From Bacilli bacterium (GTDB lineage: Bacteria > Bacillota_I > Bacilli_A > RFN20 > CAG-826): 64,000 nt of DNA. The stretch is from the NCBI GenBank assembly GCA_050952725.1, contig JBMNLN010000001.1, positions 415,638 through 479,637 of the forward strand, written 5' to 3'. The notes under the pieces were generated by a model. The model ran no database searches. It was given only the letters and a program-made list of their open reading frames with translations, and was not told the DNA's origin. Positions 29,176-38,097 of the stretch are shown here, piece after piece. A program made the position numbers and the translations under genes. Position 1 is the stretch's first letter. Every line of letters begins with the position of its first letter.

Positions 29176-32100
29176 ATGTCGAAATCTAAAAAGCATTGGA
29201 CAATATTTTTGCTTATTGGTCTGCTATCAAGTTGTGGTGGCACAAGCACGATTGATAGCGTGGTCCTTAATAATGTAGATTATACAGTTTCTCATTATTT
29301 TGAAACTCTAGAGGGAGAATATGTCATAAATGATGAGTATACACTTCATCGAACAGGAAAAGCGGGCAGTAAAATCACTGCGGATATTCGAGAATTCGAA
29401 GGTTTCACGTTTGATGAATATCATCCTCTAAATAAAACCGAAGGCATTTTATCTAATGAAGGATCTACTTTTTCCCTTTACTACTTAAGAAATTCATATA
29501 ACATTGTGGTTTTCGGTGGTGAAAGTTCAAAAACTACGGCTAAATTTGAAGAAACAGTTACCATTACCCCATATCTAGGCGGAAGTTCGATTACCTTGAA
29601 TGATAATGCTAAAGCTACGCTTAATGGTAACGAATTAACTCTAGGAGCGGAGGATGTAACCGTCATGTGTTTAATCGAAAATAAATATTCACTCAGCCCC
29701 ACCATTCTCACCAAAGAAAATGATTTTTTAGCCAGTGTAGATATTAACGTGAAGGAAAAGAGCAATTTACAAGGACTAGTTTTCAGTTTTGTCTCTAGAA
29801 TTTTTTCCAAGGAAGGGCAAGATCAATATTATCTTTTAGGAACGAATAATAATGAAGTTGGTTTTTATTATCATTCGGGTGGTTCGCTCAATTTAATTAA
29901 GTCTAAGGCTCTAGTCGATTTTGAACTGGGAAATCATAAATACGCGATTAATTTTATGGCGAATGGAAATATAAGATGTTTCCTCGATGATATTAATATC
30001 TTAAGCGTTACCCAAGAGGAAATTATCGCTCAAGGCTTTGAGCCCATCGGTGATTATGGACGAGTTGGGGTTTATTCTAATAAACGCTATTTTGAATATC
30101 AAAATCTAAGCGCAGAAAATCAAGTGGTCGGTTTGGAAGAGGCCAAGGAATATTACATTAACAAATACAATAAATTTACCTTTTCTCAACACGCTTTCAG
30201 TTCAATAGATTACAAAGTTAGCGAAGGCGATGTTCAGATCGACATTAAAGATGTCAAAGAGTATGCCTTAAATGCGATCGAGCTCGAGAATAGCATTCAC
30301 ATGGCGAATAATTTACAAGAAATTGATGCCGCTTTTGATGGTTATCACACCATTCGAATGGCCGCGGCAAAAGTTTATACGAAGACGCATTTGCTCGAAC
30401 TGCTTTATGATATTCATTACGCTACCGTTATGCTCTATGCGACTAAACATCAAACTCAATATTTTAATTTTACCCAAACATTAGATCTTGATTATTTAGC
30501 AAGAGATGAGAGAAGTTTTGTACCAAGCGCTTATAAACTTCGGGGGAGCGAAGATGAAGTGTGTCTCTTGGATCAATTAGAAATCGATCTCAACAAAGCA
30601 AAAACCGAACGGGAAATATATGAGATTTCCGACAAATATGCGCTCGATTTAGTACGAGCGATGTGTTTTCGAGATTATGAATTTTATTATTGGAATCAGC
30701 ATCATCAATATCCCGACTCCAATTATCCAGTTTGGGGGGTACATTTCTATAACTATTATGGGGCTAATGGTTCAGGCTTCAAATATGTCGGAAGAGTATT
30801 TGAAGGATTTAGATGGAACAAAGATTTCCGTTTGAATAAATTTCTTTTCAATCCTGATGAGCCGAATTTTGCCACCACGATTAAGGGAATAATCAACATG
30901 GTCGATTGGATGATTAGAAACCAAACCATTAAAGCTCGTCCCTACACCGTAACTTTAAACGCTGATGGTGGCACCCTTGAAAACTATGAACTAAGTGGCA
31001 CTTCAGAAAACGCCTTGCCCCTCCCTACTCCTAGTAAGGAGGGTTACACCTTTGATGGGTGGTATCTCAACCGGCTGTTTGTGGGAACGAAATACACCTC
31101 TATTCCTAAAGGTAATTTGGAAAACAAAACTTTGTATGCCGCTTGGAAAAAAGATGGGGTAAGAGCAGAAAGCATGATTCAACCAGCGGCTTATATCACA
31201 GAAAACATGATTATCCAGAGGAATCAAGAAATTATTTTCTCAGGTAAAGGTCAAAACGGCATTAGTATCAATGTGAATTTTGACGGAGAAAATAAAACCA
31301 CAGTTGTCAATGATGCGAAGTGGAGCGTTACTTTTTCAGCCCGTCAAGCTTCCTTTGAGCCAAAGGTTATCACAATCACTGGTGCAGGTATCACTTACAC
31401 CTTTAACAATGTTATTATTGGCGAAGTGTGGCTTTGCACGGGGCAAAGTAATATGGAAATGCTCGCCTGTTGGCTCAATGGGCGCGGAACTAAATATATA
31501 GGACAATATGGCGAATTTGACAATTTGGCTAAAATTAGGATGTTTAGACAATTTGTCGATGATGTCAATCCCTTTGAACAAAGCAATGGCGATAATGATC
31601 GCTGGTGCATTCCCACACGGGCGATTGACTTATCAGACAAGTCCATCTTAGCGGCTGCCTTTGCCTGTAATTTACAAAAAGCACTCGATATTCCCGTCGG
31701 GGTTCTCATCAGTTCTCGTGGCGGAACATTTATCGAAGAATGGCTCAGTCAGGAAAATGTCAATCTTACAGGTAATACGATTCCCGCAAGTCATCAACAC
31801 ATTACTTCGCGGTACTATCAACAAATGACTCTAGATCTTATCAATGCGCGTTTTGCTGGGGTTATTTGGTATCAAGGCGCTAATAATTGGGCTCATGCCG
31901 AAACGTATAAAGGACAATATAAAGCGCTTGTTAATCAATTCAGGGAAATGTTTGGTGCGAACTTACCGATTATCGCCCAACAAGATGTGGATTGTGGTGT
32001 TACTTCTCACGATAAAAAAGATATCAGAATCACCCAATGGGAAGTGGCAGGAGAAATTGAAAATGCTTATTGCTCAGTGTCTATCGATACTGGAGAAAAA

Positions 32101-32481
32101 GATGATGTCCACCCAATTGATAAATTGACTCTCGGTAGGAGAATTTGTAATATTGCGTTAGAATTTGTTTATGGTATTGGTAATGACTCCCTATCTTATG
32201 CTCCAATTAAAACTGAAGTGATTGAAGGGAAGATTTATGTTTCTTTCAAAGAGGGACAAACCATTAAATCAAATGGAGAATTGCAGTATTTTAAACTGAA
32301 AAAAGCTGATGGCGAATTCATCTCAGTACCAGCCATTTTAGAGAACAATAAAATCGTGATTGATGATGTTGAGGGGGCAGTCATGGTTTATTACGCCTAT
32401 CAACAGTGGCTAGGAAATATCACACTCTACGGAGGAAATGACTTACCGATTACTCCGTTTAGAATAAACATCACAAGGTAA
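29176..32481 (+). CDS. Giant lipoprotein paralog B (tandem duplicate of 25770..29081)
   Basis: Collinear with paralog A over about 1100 aa, with the same lipobox, Flg_new repeat and GQSNMEM block. RBS AGGGAGG. Confidence 0.75.
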   Translation: MSKSKKHWTIFLLIGLLSSCGGTSTIDSVVLNNVDYTVSHYFETLEGEYVINDEYTLHRTGKAGSKITADIREFEGFTFDEYHPLNKTEGILSNEGSTFSLYYLRNSYNIVVFGGESSKTTAKFEETVTITPYLGGSSITLNDNAKATLNGNELTLGAEDVTVMCLIENKYSLSPTILTKENDFLASVDINVKEKSNLQGLVFSFVSRIFSKEGQDQYYLLGTNNNEVGFYYHSGGSLNLIKSKALVDFELGNHKYAINFMANGNIRCFLDDINILSVTQEEIIAQGFEPIGDYGRVGVYSNKRYFEYQNLSAENQVVGLEEAKEYYINKYNKFTFSQHAFSSIDYKVSEGDVQIDIKDVKEYALNAIELENSIHMANNLQEIDAAFDGYHTIRMAAAKVYTKTHLLELLYDIHYATVMLYATKHQTQYFNFTQTLDLDYLARDERSFVPSAYKLRGSEDEVCLLDQLEIDLNKAKTEREIYEISDKYALDLVRAMCFRDYEFYYWNQHHQYPDSNYPVWGVHFYNYYGANGSGFKYVGRVFEGFRWNKDFRLNKFLFNPDEPNFATTIKGIINMVDWMIRNQTIKARPYTVTLNADGGTLENYELSGTSENALPLPTPSKEGYTFDGWYLNRLFVGTKYTSIPKGNLENKTLYAAWKKDGVRAESMIQPAAYITENMIIQRNQEIIFSGKGQNGISINVNFDGENKTTVVNDAKWSVTFSARQASFEPKVITITGAGITYTFNNVIIGEVWLCTGQSNMEMLACWLNGRGTKYIGQYGEFDNLAKIRMFRQFVDDVNPFEQSNGDNDRWCIPTRAIDLSDKSILAAAFACNLQKALDIPVGVLISSRGGTFIEEWLSQENVNLTGNTIPASHQHITSRYYQQMTLDLINARFAGVIWYQGANNWAHAETYKGQYKALVNQFREMFGANLPIIAQQDVDCGVTSHDKKDIRITQWEVAGEIENAYCSVSIDTGEKDDVHPIDKLTLGRRICNIALEFVYGIGNDSLSYAPIKTEVIEGKIYVSFKEGQTIKSNGELQYFKLKKADGEFISVPAILENNKIVIDDVEGAVMVYYAYQQWLGNITLYGGNDLPITPFRINITR

Positions 32482-32496
32482 AGGGAGATTCAGTGT

Positions 32497-33984
32497 ATGG
32501 CAACATTAAAATTTATTGACGTCAATAAGATTTACCCAAATAATGTACATGCGGTTTTCGATTTTAATTTGGAAGTAAAGGATAAAGATTTTATCGTTTT
32601 TGTGGGGCCTTCGGGCTGCGGAAAATCCACGACCTTACGGATGGTCGCTGGGCTAGAAGAAATTACCTCAGGCGAAATTTATATCGATGATGTGCTCATC
32701 AATGAAGTTCCTCCTAAAGATCGCAATATCGCGATGGTCTTCCAAAACTATGCACTTTATCCCCATATGACCGTTTTCGATAATATGGCTTTTTCTCTTA
32801 AGTTACGAAAAGAAGAATTTCCAGTGATTGATATCGACTATGATAATCCTGACTATCAAAGAAGGTATCAGGAATTAGTCGCGGCTTTGCAAAAAGAAAC
32901 GGATGAAGGGGTTGCCGAAATCAAAAAAGAAGGCGATAGTAAAAAGCGCAAAAGTACCAAAGACCAAATTAAAGAATATGTCTTTATCCAAAGTAATAAA
33001 TTACTAGCGGAAACGAAGAAACTTCAAGATGAATATTCATCGCAACGGATGACTTATGATGAAGAAAAAGTTAATCAATTAATGGAAGAATACCGCGCGT
33101 TAGTCACTGCTCAAGAAAAAGATGAAGTGGCAATTGCCGCCAAAATTAATGAGATCAAAACCGCCAAAGAAGAAAGGGTAAAACCTAAATTTATCACTCG
33201 GCGTTACAGCAAGGATGAAATTGCCGAAAAAGTTGCCAACGCGGCCGACATTCTTGGATTAACCCCTTACTTAAAGAGAAAACCTGCCGCATTAAGCGGA
33301 GGGCAAAGACAACGAGTGGCCCTCGGTCGCGCCATCGTGCGCAACCCGAAAGTGTTTTTAATGGATGAACCCTTATCCAACCTCGATGCAAAACTACGCG
33401 TACAAATGCGCAGTGAAATCGCCAAAATCCACAAATTCGTCGGAGCGACCACCATTTATGTAACTCATGACCAAACCGAAGCGATGACCATGGCAAGTCG
33501 CATCGTCTGTATGAAAGATGGATACATTCAACAAATTGGCACCCCGAAGGAATTATTTAATACTCCAGCCAATATGTTTGTCGCGTCATTTATCGGCAAT
33601 CCAGCGACCAACCTTATTCATGGAAAATTTGATGGTAAAAGTTTTGTGGTCGAAGGTGAAGATTTCAAAATTGATTTGCCCCCAGAAATGATTAAAAAAC
33701 TCAAAAAGTACGTTAATAAGGAAATCGTTTTAGGAGCAAGACCAGAAGATATCTATGTTTTTGATGATGAAGCGGTGAAAAATCCATCCAACATTTTCGA
33801 ATTAACTTGTGATATTTCTGAACTTCTCGGAAGAGAATTAGTTATTTATAACCAAATTGGCGACCAAAGGATTATCATTAAGACGACAAAAAGGGATGAT
33901 ATCGTTTCGGATAGCAAAGAAAAATATGTGCTCGATTTATCATTGATTCACTTCTTTGATCCTGAGACCACGAATCGCATCTAA
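32497..33984 (+). CDS. MsmX/MalK-like sugar ABC transporter ATPase with a ~140-aa charged insertion
   Basis: Walker A GPSGCGKST, Q-loop MVFQNYALYPHMTV, signature LSGGQRQRVALGRA, Walker B FLMDEPLSNLD, H-loop VTHDQ, C-terminal MalK-like regulatory domain. A Lys/Glu-rich insert lies between the Q-loop and the signature. Confidence 0.85.
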   Translation: MATLKFIDVNKIYPNNVHAVFDFNLEVKDKDFIVFVGPSGCGKSTTLRMVAGLEEITSGEIYIDDVLINEVPPKDRNIAMVFQNYALYPHMTVFDNMAFSLKLRKEEFPVIDIDYDNPDYQRRYQELVAALQKETDEGVAEIKKEGDSKKRKSTKDQIKEYVFIQSNKLLAETKKLQDEYSSQRMTYDEEKVNQLMEEYRALVTAQEKDEVAIAAKINEIKTAKEERVKPKFITRRYSKDEIAEKVANAADILGLTPYLKRKPAALSGGQRQRVALGRAIVRNPKVFLMDEPLSNLDAKLRVQMRSEIAKIHKFVGATTIYVTHDQTEAMTMASRIVCMKDGYIQQIGTPKELFNTPANMFVASFIGNPATNLIHGKFDGKSFVVEGEDFKIDLPPEMIKKLKKYVNKEIVLGARPEDIYVFDDEAVKNPSNIFELTCDISELLGRELVIYNQIGDQRIIIKTTKRDDIVSDSKEKYVLDLSLIHFFDPETTNRI

Positions 33985-33986
33985 CC

Positions 33987-34313
33987 ATGTTGGCTCTATT
34001 TGAAAAGTATTCGCAAACCAGCGAAGAAAGAAAACACAAAATTCATCCTCTCTTAATCAATAAGAGTGCTTATTTAGTCTTTGATAAAATTGCCAAATAT
34101 CTCGCAGAAGAAGGGTATGCAAATCTTACCCTCAACAAGAACTTTTTAGAAATCTACTGCACGGATTACGGTTTTGAAATCACAGTTATCGTTTCCAGTG
34201 AAGATGAGGCTACTGCTTTAGTCAATGCCTCGGTTTATGGGGAAAAGAAACGCGGTAGAACCAGAAGCAGGCTCAAGAAATTCATCTTAGAGATTGATCG
34301 GTTATTCGTTTAA
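33987..34313 (+). CDS. Hypothetical 108-aa protein co-transcribed with the ATPase
   Basis: The ORF starts 3 nt after the ATPase stop and a terminator follows. No motif. Confidence 0.45.
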   Translation: MLALFEKYSQTSEERKHKIHPLLINKSAYLVFDKIAKYLAEEGYANLTLNKNFLEIYCTDYGFEITVIVSSEDEATALVNASVYGEKKRGRTRSRLKKFILEIDRLFV

Positions 34314-34316
34314 GAA

Positions 34317-34350
34317 AAACGCGAACCCCGTTAAAGGTTCGCGTTTTTTT
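34317..34350. terminator. Bidirectional rho-independent terminator
   Basis: AACGCGAACC-ccgttaaa-GGTTCGCGTT perfect 10-bp stem followed by T7, with an A-tract upstream. Sits between convergent genes. Confidence 0.85.
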
Positions 34351-34369
34351 AATGGGTTTTAACTAGTGA

Positions 34370-35515
34370 TTAAACGCCTTCAAAAATGGCAGAGATTTGT
34401 TTTTTAATTAACCAGTTGCCCGCGCCTAAAATTGTCGCTAATGGCTTTACTTCGCCCGTACCTGAATCGAGTGAATCAGGTCCAGAAACAGCGCTACAAA
34501 GCCGATAATTTGTACAAGAGGCCGGATCGAATTTGGCGGGGGGCATCACGCCAGTATATGCATAACCGCTCGCACCATAATAGGTCCACAAAAACCACCA
34601 TTCACTGCCGATGTGTTGACCTTGCGACTCTGCATAATGGAATTCGGCTTCAGCGATGAATTGAAGCGAACTTCTCGCCACATCAACCATGAATTTATCA
34701 AGAGTCGCGGTCGCCTCTTCGAGGCTGGTATATGTCGCTTTTAATTCATCGGCATAATCGATGATGTTTTTAGCGACAAAAGGATAAGGATTCCACCAGC
34801 GATTATCAGTACTTCCCCAAGTGGTATTTAAGGGGTCGATACTTACCCATTGGGCTGCTGCGGCGGAACCAACAGTAATCCAGTTCCCGCTTTGAATAAC
34901 CGTTCCTAGAATCCCGTTTTTAACGGTCCCATAGAAAGTTGTTAAACTGTTGAGAACTTGCGTATGAATATTCACGCCGTATCTTCCAATCAAGGTGGAA
35001 ATAAATTGGTTTTTGGCAGTTGCATCAAGATGAGCGGTATTTTCATCAACACCAGCCATCACAGCGTTGTAAGCGGCAGCCACATCGGCATCGGTAGCGA
35101 TCATATCCACCGTTCCAATGTCAAAACCGATTTCGTAAGTTTGTTTCGTGGCGTAATACAACTTTGGCGTATAGTATTTGACCTTTGCCATCTCTTGCAA
35201 TTCTTCGGCTTCCGAAGGAAGGTAAGCCAGATGCCCTTTAGCAATCCCGCCACTCATCAGAGCTGGAGTTCCTTCTTCCCAAGTGCCAACGAGTGGTTGA
35301 ACGAGGAATTTCTCGTGGCAAGTACAACAAGCCCAGAATTCCTGGTGACCTGGAACGATTGCTTTAGCCGCTTTGGCTGCGTAGTGATATCCATGGTGTT
35401 GACAACCTTCACCGAAAACGGGAAGATCTTGATGATTCTCTCCCATAAGGGCAACCGAAGCGCTAGCAAAACAAAAAACACTGGTTAACAAAATTAAGAA
35501 ATGTTTCTTTTTCAT
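34370..35515 (-). CDS. Secreted protein with Cys/His-rich N-terminal motif, unknown function
   Basis: Signal peptide (MKKKHFLILLTSVFCFASASVA), then GCQHHGYHY ... HQEFWACCTCHEKF (contains a C-x-x-C-H pattern), then an Ala/Trp-rich domain. Monocistronic. Confidence 0.55.
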   Translation of the reverse strand: MKKKHFLILLTSVFCFASASVALMGENHQDLPVFGEGCQHHGYHYAAKAAKAIVPGHQEFWACCTCHEKFLVQPLVGTWEEGTPALMSGGIAKGHLAYLPSEAEELQEMAKVKYYTPKLYYATKQTYEIGFDIGTVDMIATDADVAAAYNAVMAGVDENTAHLDATAKNQFISTLIGRYGVNIHTQVLNSLTTFYGTVKNGILGTVIQSGNWITVGSAAAAQWVSIDPLNTTWGSTDNRWWNPYPFVAKNIIDYADELKATYTSLEEATATLDKFMVDVARSSLQFIAEAEFHYAESQGQHIGSEWWFLWTYYGASGYAYTGVMPPAKFDPASCTNYRLCSAVSGPDSLDSGTGEVKPLATILGAGNWLIKKQISAIFEGV

Positions 35516-35759
35516 GATATTATTCTCCCTTATATTAATATATTACTATATCCATTTGGATATAAAATACTCCTATTATCAAAGAAAATATCTTTTTTCT
35601 ATATGTGAGCCAGTCAGGTATCTTTTATTAAGTTTTGGGGTTAAAATACTAAATAGAGCAGAAATAATACGACAATTAACACTTTCCATTGAAATTTAAC
35701 GGAATTTAAACGCGCATTTCCGCAAGAAAATATATGAAAAAAGGAGGCACCAACTGATC

Positions 35760-37241
35760 ATGAAATACATCGGCTTAGATATTGGGACCTCGATGGTTAA
35801 AGGACAATTACTCGATAGTGACGGAAGCGTTTTGCACACTTGTGAATTTGAATCACCGACTTACGCTCAGGACGGAGTTTTTTATTTACGGGCTCAGGAA
35901 TTAAAGCAAATTATCTTTGCTATTATCAAAGAGTTAGCCAAAAAAGCTAACGGAAAAATCAAAGCTATCTGTCCTTCTTCCTTAGGCGAATCTTTTGTGC
36001 TCATCGATAAAAAAGGTGAACCAATCAATGATTTTATTCTTTTCGTCAGCAATTTAGGCGAAGAGGAAAAAGATGAATTATTGCAGAAGATTGATCCTAT
36101 TACCGTTGCCCGAATTACTGGCGCATATCCGAATAAAATGTTTTCTTTTTCCAAATTAATGTGGATGAAGAAGGAATGGCAAGAAAAATATAGTAAAGCC
36201 GATAAACTCCTTTTAGTGACGGGTTTTGTCGCGTATTTATTAACTGGAGCTAAGGTTAGTGATTATTCCCTCGCCGCCCGGACAATGCTTTTCGATCTTA
36301 AAGAAAAGCGGTGGTCCCAAGAACTAATCGCCTTATGCGGCCTCCAAGAATCTTTATTTCCTCGCTTAGTCAAGGCTGATGAAGTAGTAGGCACCGTTCA
36401 AGAAGAGATTGCCGTTGAACTTGGTCTTAATCAAGACTGCCAAGTTCTGGCTGGGGGGCATGATCAATTTATGGCGGCGATTGGTGCGGGTTTAATCAAG
36501 CCAGGAATGGCTAATGATGGAACGGGGACTTCTCAATGTGTGACCACAATTTTTAAAGCAATCCCCCAAGATGAAAGATTCTACGAAAACAATTTCTGTG
36601 TCATTCCTTATATTATCGAAGGAACTTACATCACCTATGCCTTTTTAAACACAGGTGGAGCCTTGCTTAAATGGCATCGCGATCATCTTTCTCCTTTGGA
36701 AAAAGAACAATTAAAAGAAGATTATTATTCTTTCTACTCTGGACGTGATATTCAACTTCCCACCTCATTGTTAATCCTTCCTCATTTTGCCGGAAGCGGC
36801 ACCCCACATGTTTGTGGTGAGGATGTTGGGGCAATAATTGGTCTCACCAAAGAAACCACCAAAGAGGAAATCTATTTTGCCTTGATGGAAGCAGCCACAT
36901 ATGAGATGAAAGCCAATTTTGATTTGCTCAAAAATTCCGGAGTTAAGATTTCAGAATTAAGCGCTACTGGTGGGGGAAGCAAATCGCCGAGTTGGCTGAA
37001 GATTAAAGCGAATATCTATAATCAAAAAGTCAAAACTTTAACTACGCCCGAAGGAGGGATATATGGGTGTTTTCTGCTCATGAAACATCACGATAGTCGC
37101 CTCTCCTACGAAGTTTTGATGGAAAAATATATCAAAACTGGAAAAGTTTATAAACCAAACAAAGAGCTAGTTGCTAAATATAAACAACAGTATCGAAAAT
37201 ACAAAAAAATCGATCCGTTAGTTAGAAAAATTTGGAGGTAA
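35760..37241 (+). CDS. FGGY-family carbohydrate kinase (xylulokinase-like)
   Basis: MKYIGLDIGTSMVKGQLLD N-terminus, 493 aa, RBS AAAGGAGG. Confidence 0.8.
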   Translation: MKYIGLDIGTSMVKGQLLDSDGSVLHTCEFESPTYAQDGVFYLRAQELKQIIFAIIKELAKKANGKIKAICPSSLGESFVLIDKKGEPINDFILFVSNLGEEEKDELLQKIDPITVARITGAYPNKMFSFSKLMWMKKEWQEKYSKADKLLLVTGFVAYLLTGAKVSDYSLAARTMLFDLKEKRWSQELIALCGLQESLFPRLVKADEVVGTVQEEIAVELGLNQDCQVLAGGHDQFMAAIGAGLIKPGMANDGTGTSQCVTTIFKAIPQDERFYENNFCVIPYIIEGTYITYAFLNTGGALLKWHRDHLSPLEKEQLKEDYYSFYSGRDIQLPTSLLILPHFAGSGTPHVCGEDVGAIIGLTKETTKEEIYFALMEAATYEMKANFDLLKNSGVKISELSATGGGSKSPSWLKIKANIYNQKVKTLTTPEGGIYGCFLLMKHHDSRLSYEVLMEKYIKTGKVYKPNKELVAKYKQQYRKYKKIDPLVRKIWR

Positions 37242-37245
37242 GGAG

Positions 37246-38097
37246 ATGCTGGTTAATTTAAAAGAGGTCTTAGCTGAAGGGCGAAAAAGAGGGGTGGCTG
37301 TTCCTTCGATTAACACCCCGAATTTAGAATCGATTCTCGCGGCGATTCAAGAGGCGGAAGCCCAGAATATTCCGCTAATTATCGCTCATGCTGAATTACA
37401 TGAAAGTGTGATTAGCATGGATGTAATCGGTCCGGTGATGCTTCTTTTTGCGCAAAGAGCCAAAGTTCCCGTTTGTGTCCATCTCGATCATGGGGAATCC
37501 TTTGCGGCGTGTAAACGGGCGATTGATCTAGGTTTTACCGGGGTGATGATCGATGCTTCAACTCTTCCTTATGAGGAGAATATCAAGGTGACCAAAAAAG
37601 TTGTTGAATACGCCCATCAACGCGGTGTTGGGGTCGAAGCTGAACTGGGTTGTTTGCCCAATCGCGAAACTGGGGGCGAAACTGTAGGCGATCCCAAACT
37701 TCTATATACGGAACCGCACTTGGTTCCCGATTTTGTTAAAAGAACGGGGGTAGATGCGCTGGCGATTGCTTTTGGTACCGCCCATGGAATCTATAAAGTT
37801 AAACCCGTTTTATCGATTGATGTCATCCGCGCAGTGCGCCAAGTAAGCGATATCTATCTGGTGATGCATGGAGGGAGCGGGTTGTCTCCCGATGATTACC
37901 GCGGGGTAATCGCAGCGGGAATTGACAAGATTAATTACTATACCTATATGGCTTATGCGGGGTATGATGCGGCTAAAAAACTTATTGAAAAAGAGCCGAC
38001 TGGCTTTTATCACGATCTTTGCACCGTCGCAACTCAAGCTCAACAAAAGCGATTGAAAGAAATGTTTACTCTTTTTGCGGAGGGACGTCATGAATAA
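37246..38097 (+). CDS. Class II ketose-bisphosphate aldolase (fructose/tagatose-bisphosphate aldolase family)
   Basis: VHLDHGESF zinc-binding motif, HGGSG near the C-terminus, 283 aa. Confidence 0.85.
   Translation: MLVNLKEVLAEGRKRGVAVPSINTPNLESILAAIQEAEAQNIPLIIAHAELHESVISMDVIGPVMLLFAQRAKVPVCVHLDHGESFAACKRAIDLGFTGVMIDASTLPYEENIKVTKKVVEYAHQRGVGVEAELGCLPNRETGGETVGDPKLLYTEPHLVPDFVKRTGVDALAIAFGTAHGIYKVKPVLSIDVIRAVRQVSDIYLVMHGGSGLSPDDYRGVIAAGIDKINYYTYMAYAGYDAAKKLIEKEPTGFYHDLCTVATQAQQKRLKEMFTLFAEGRHE

Larger units (their letters stand above)
25770..32481 (+). repeat. Tandem duplication of a 3.3 kb lipoprotein gene, diverged
   Basis: Two collinear ORFs of 1103 and 1101 aa with long stretches of near-identical nucleotide sequence, e.g. 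around 28021 and 31425. Confidence 0.8.

Noticed and set aside
25770-32481. Long direct repeat that could be mistaken for a repeat array or mobile element
   Set aside because: It is a tandem duplication of a complete lipoprotein gene with intact reading frames. There are no short regular spacers as in CRISPR and no transposase or terminal inverted repeats.
34370-35515. C-x-x-C-H pattern (CCTCH) as evidence for a c-type cytochrome
   Set aside because: This is a single occurrence in a Cys-rich stretch, and no cytochrome-maturation genes are visible in the window. It is kept only as a low-confidence finding, not annotated as a cytochrome.
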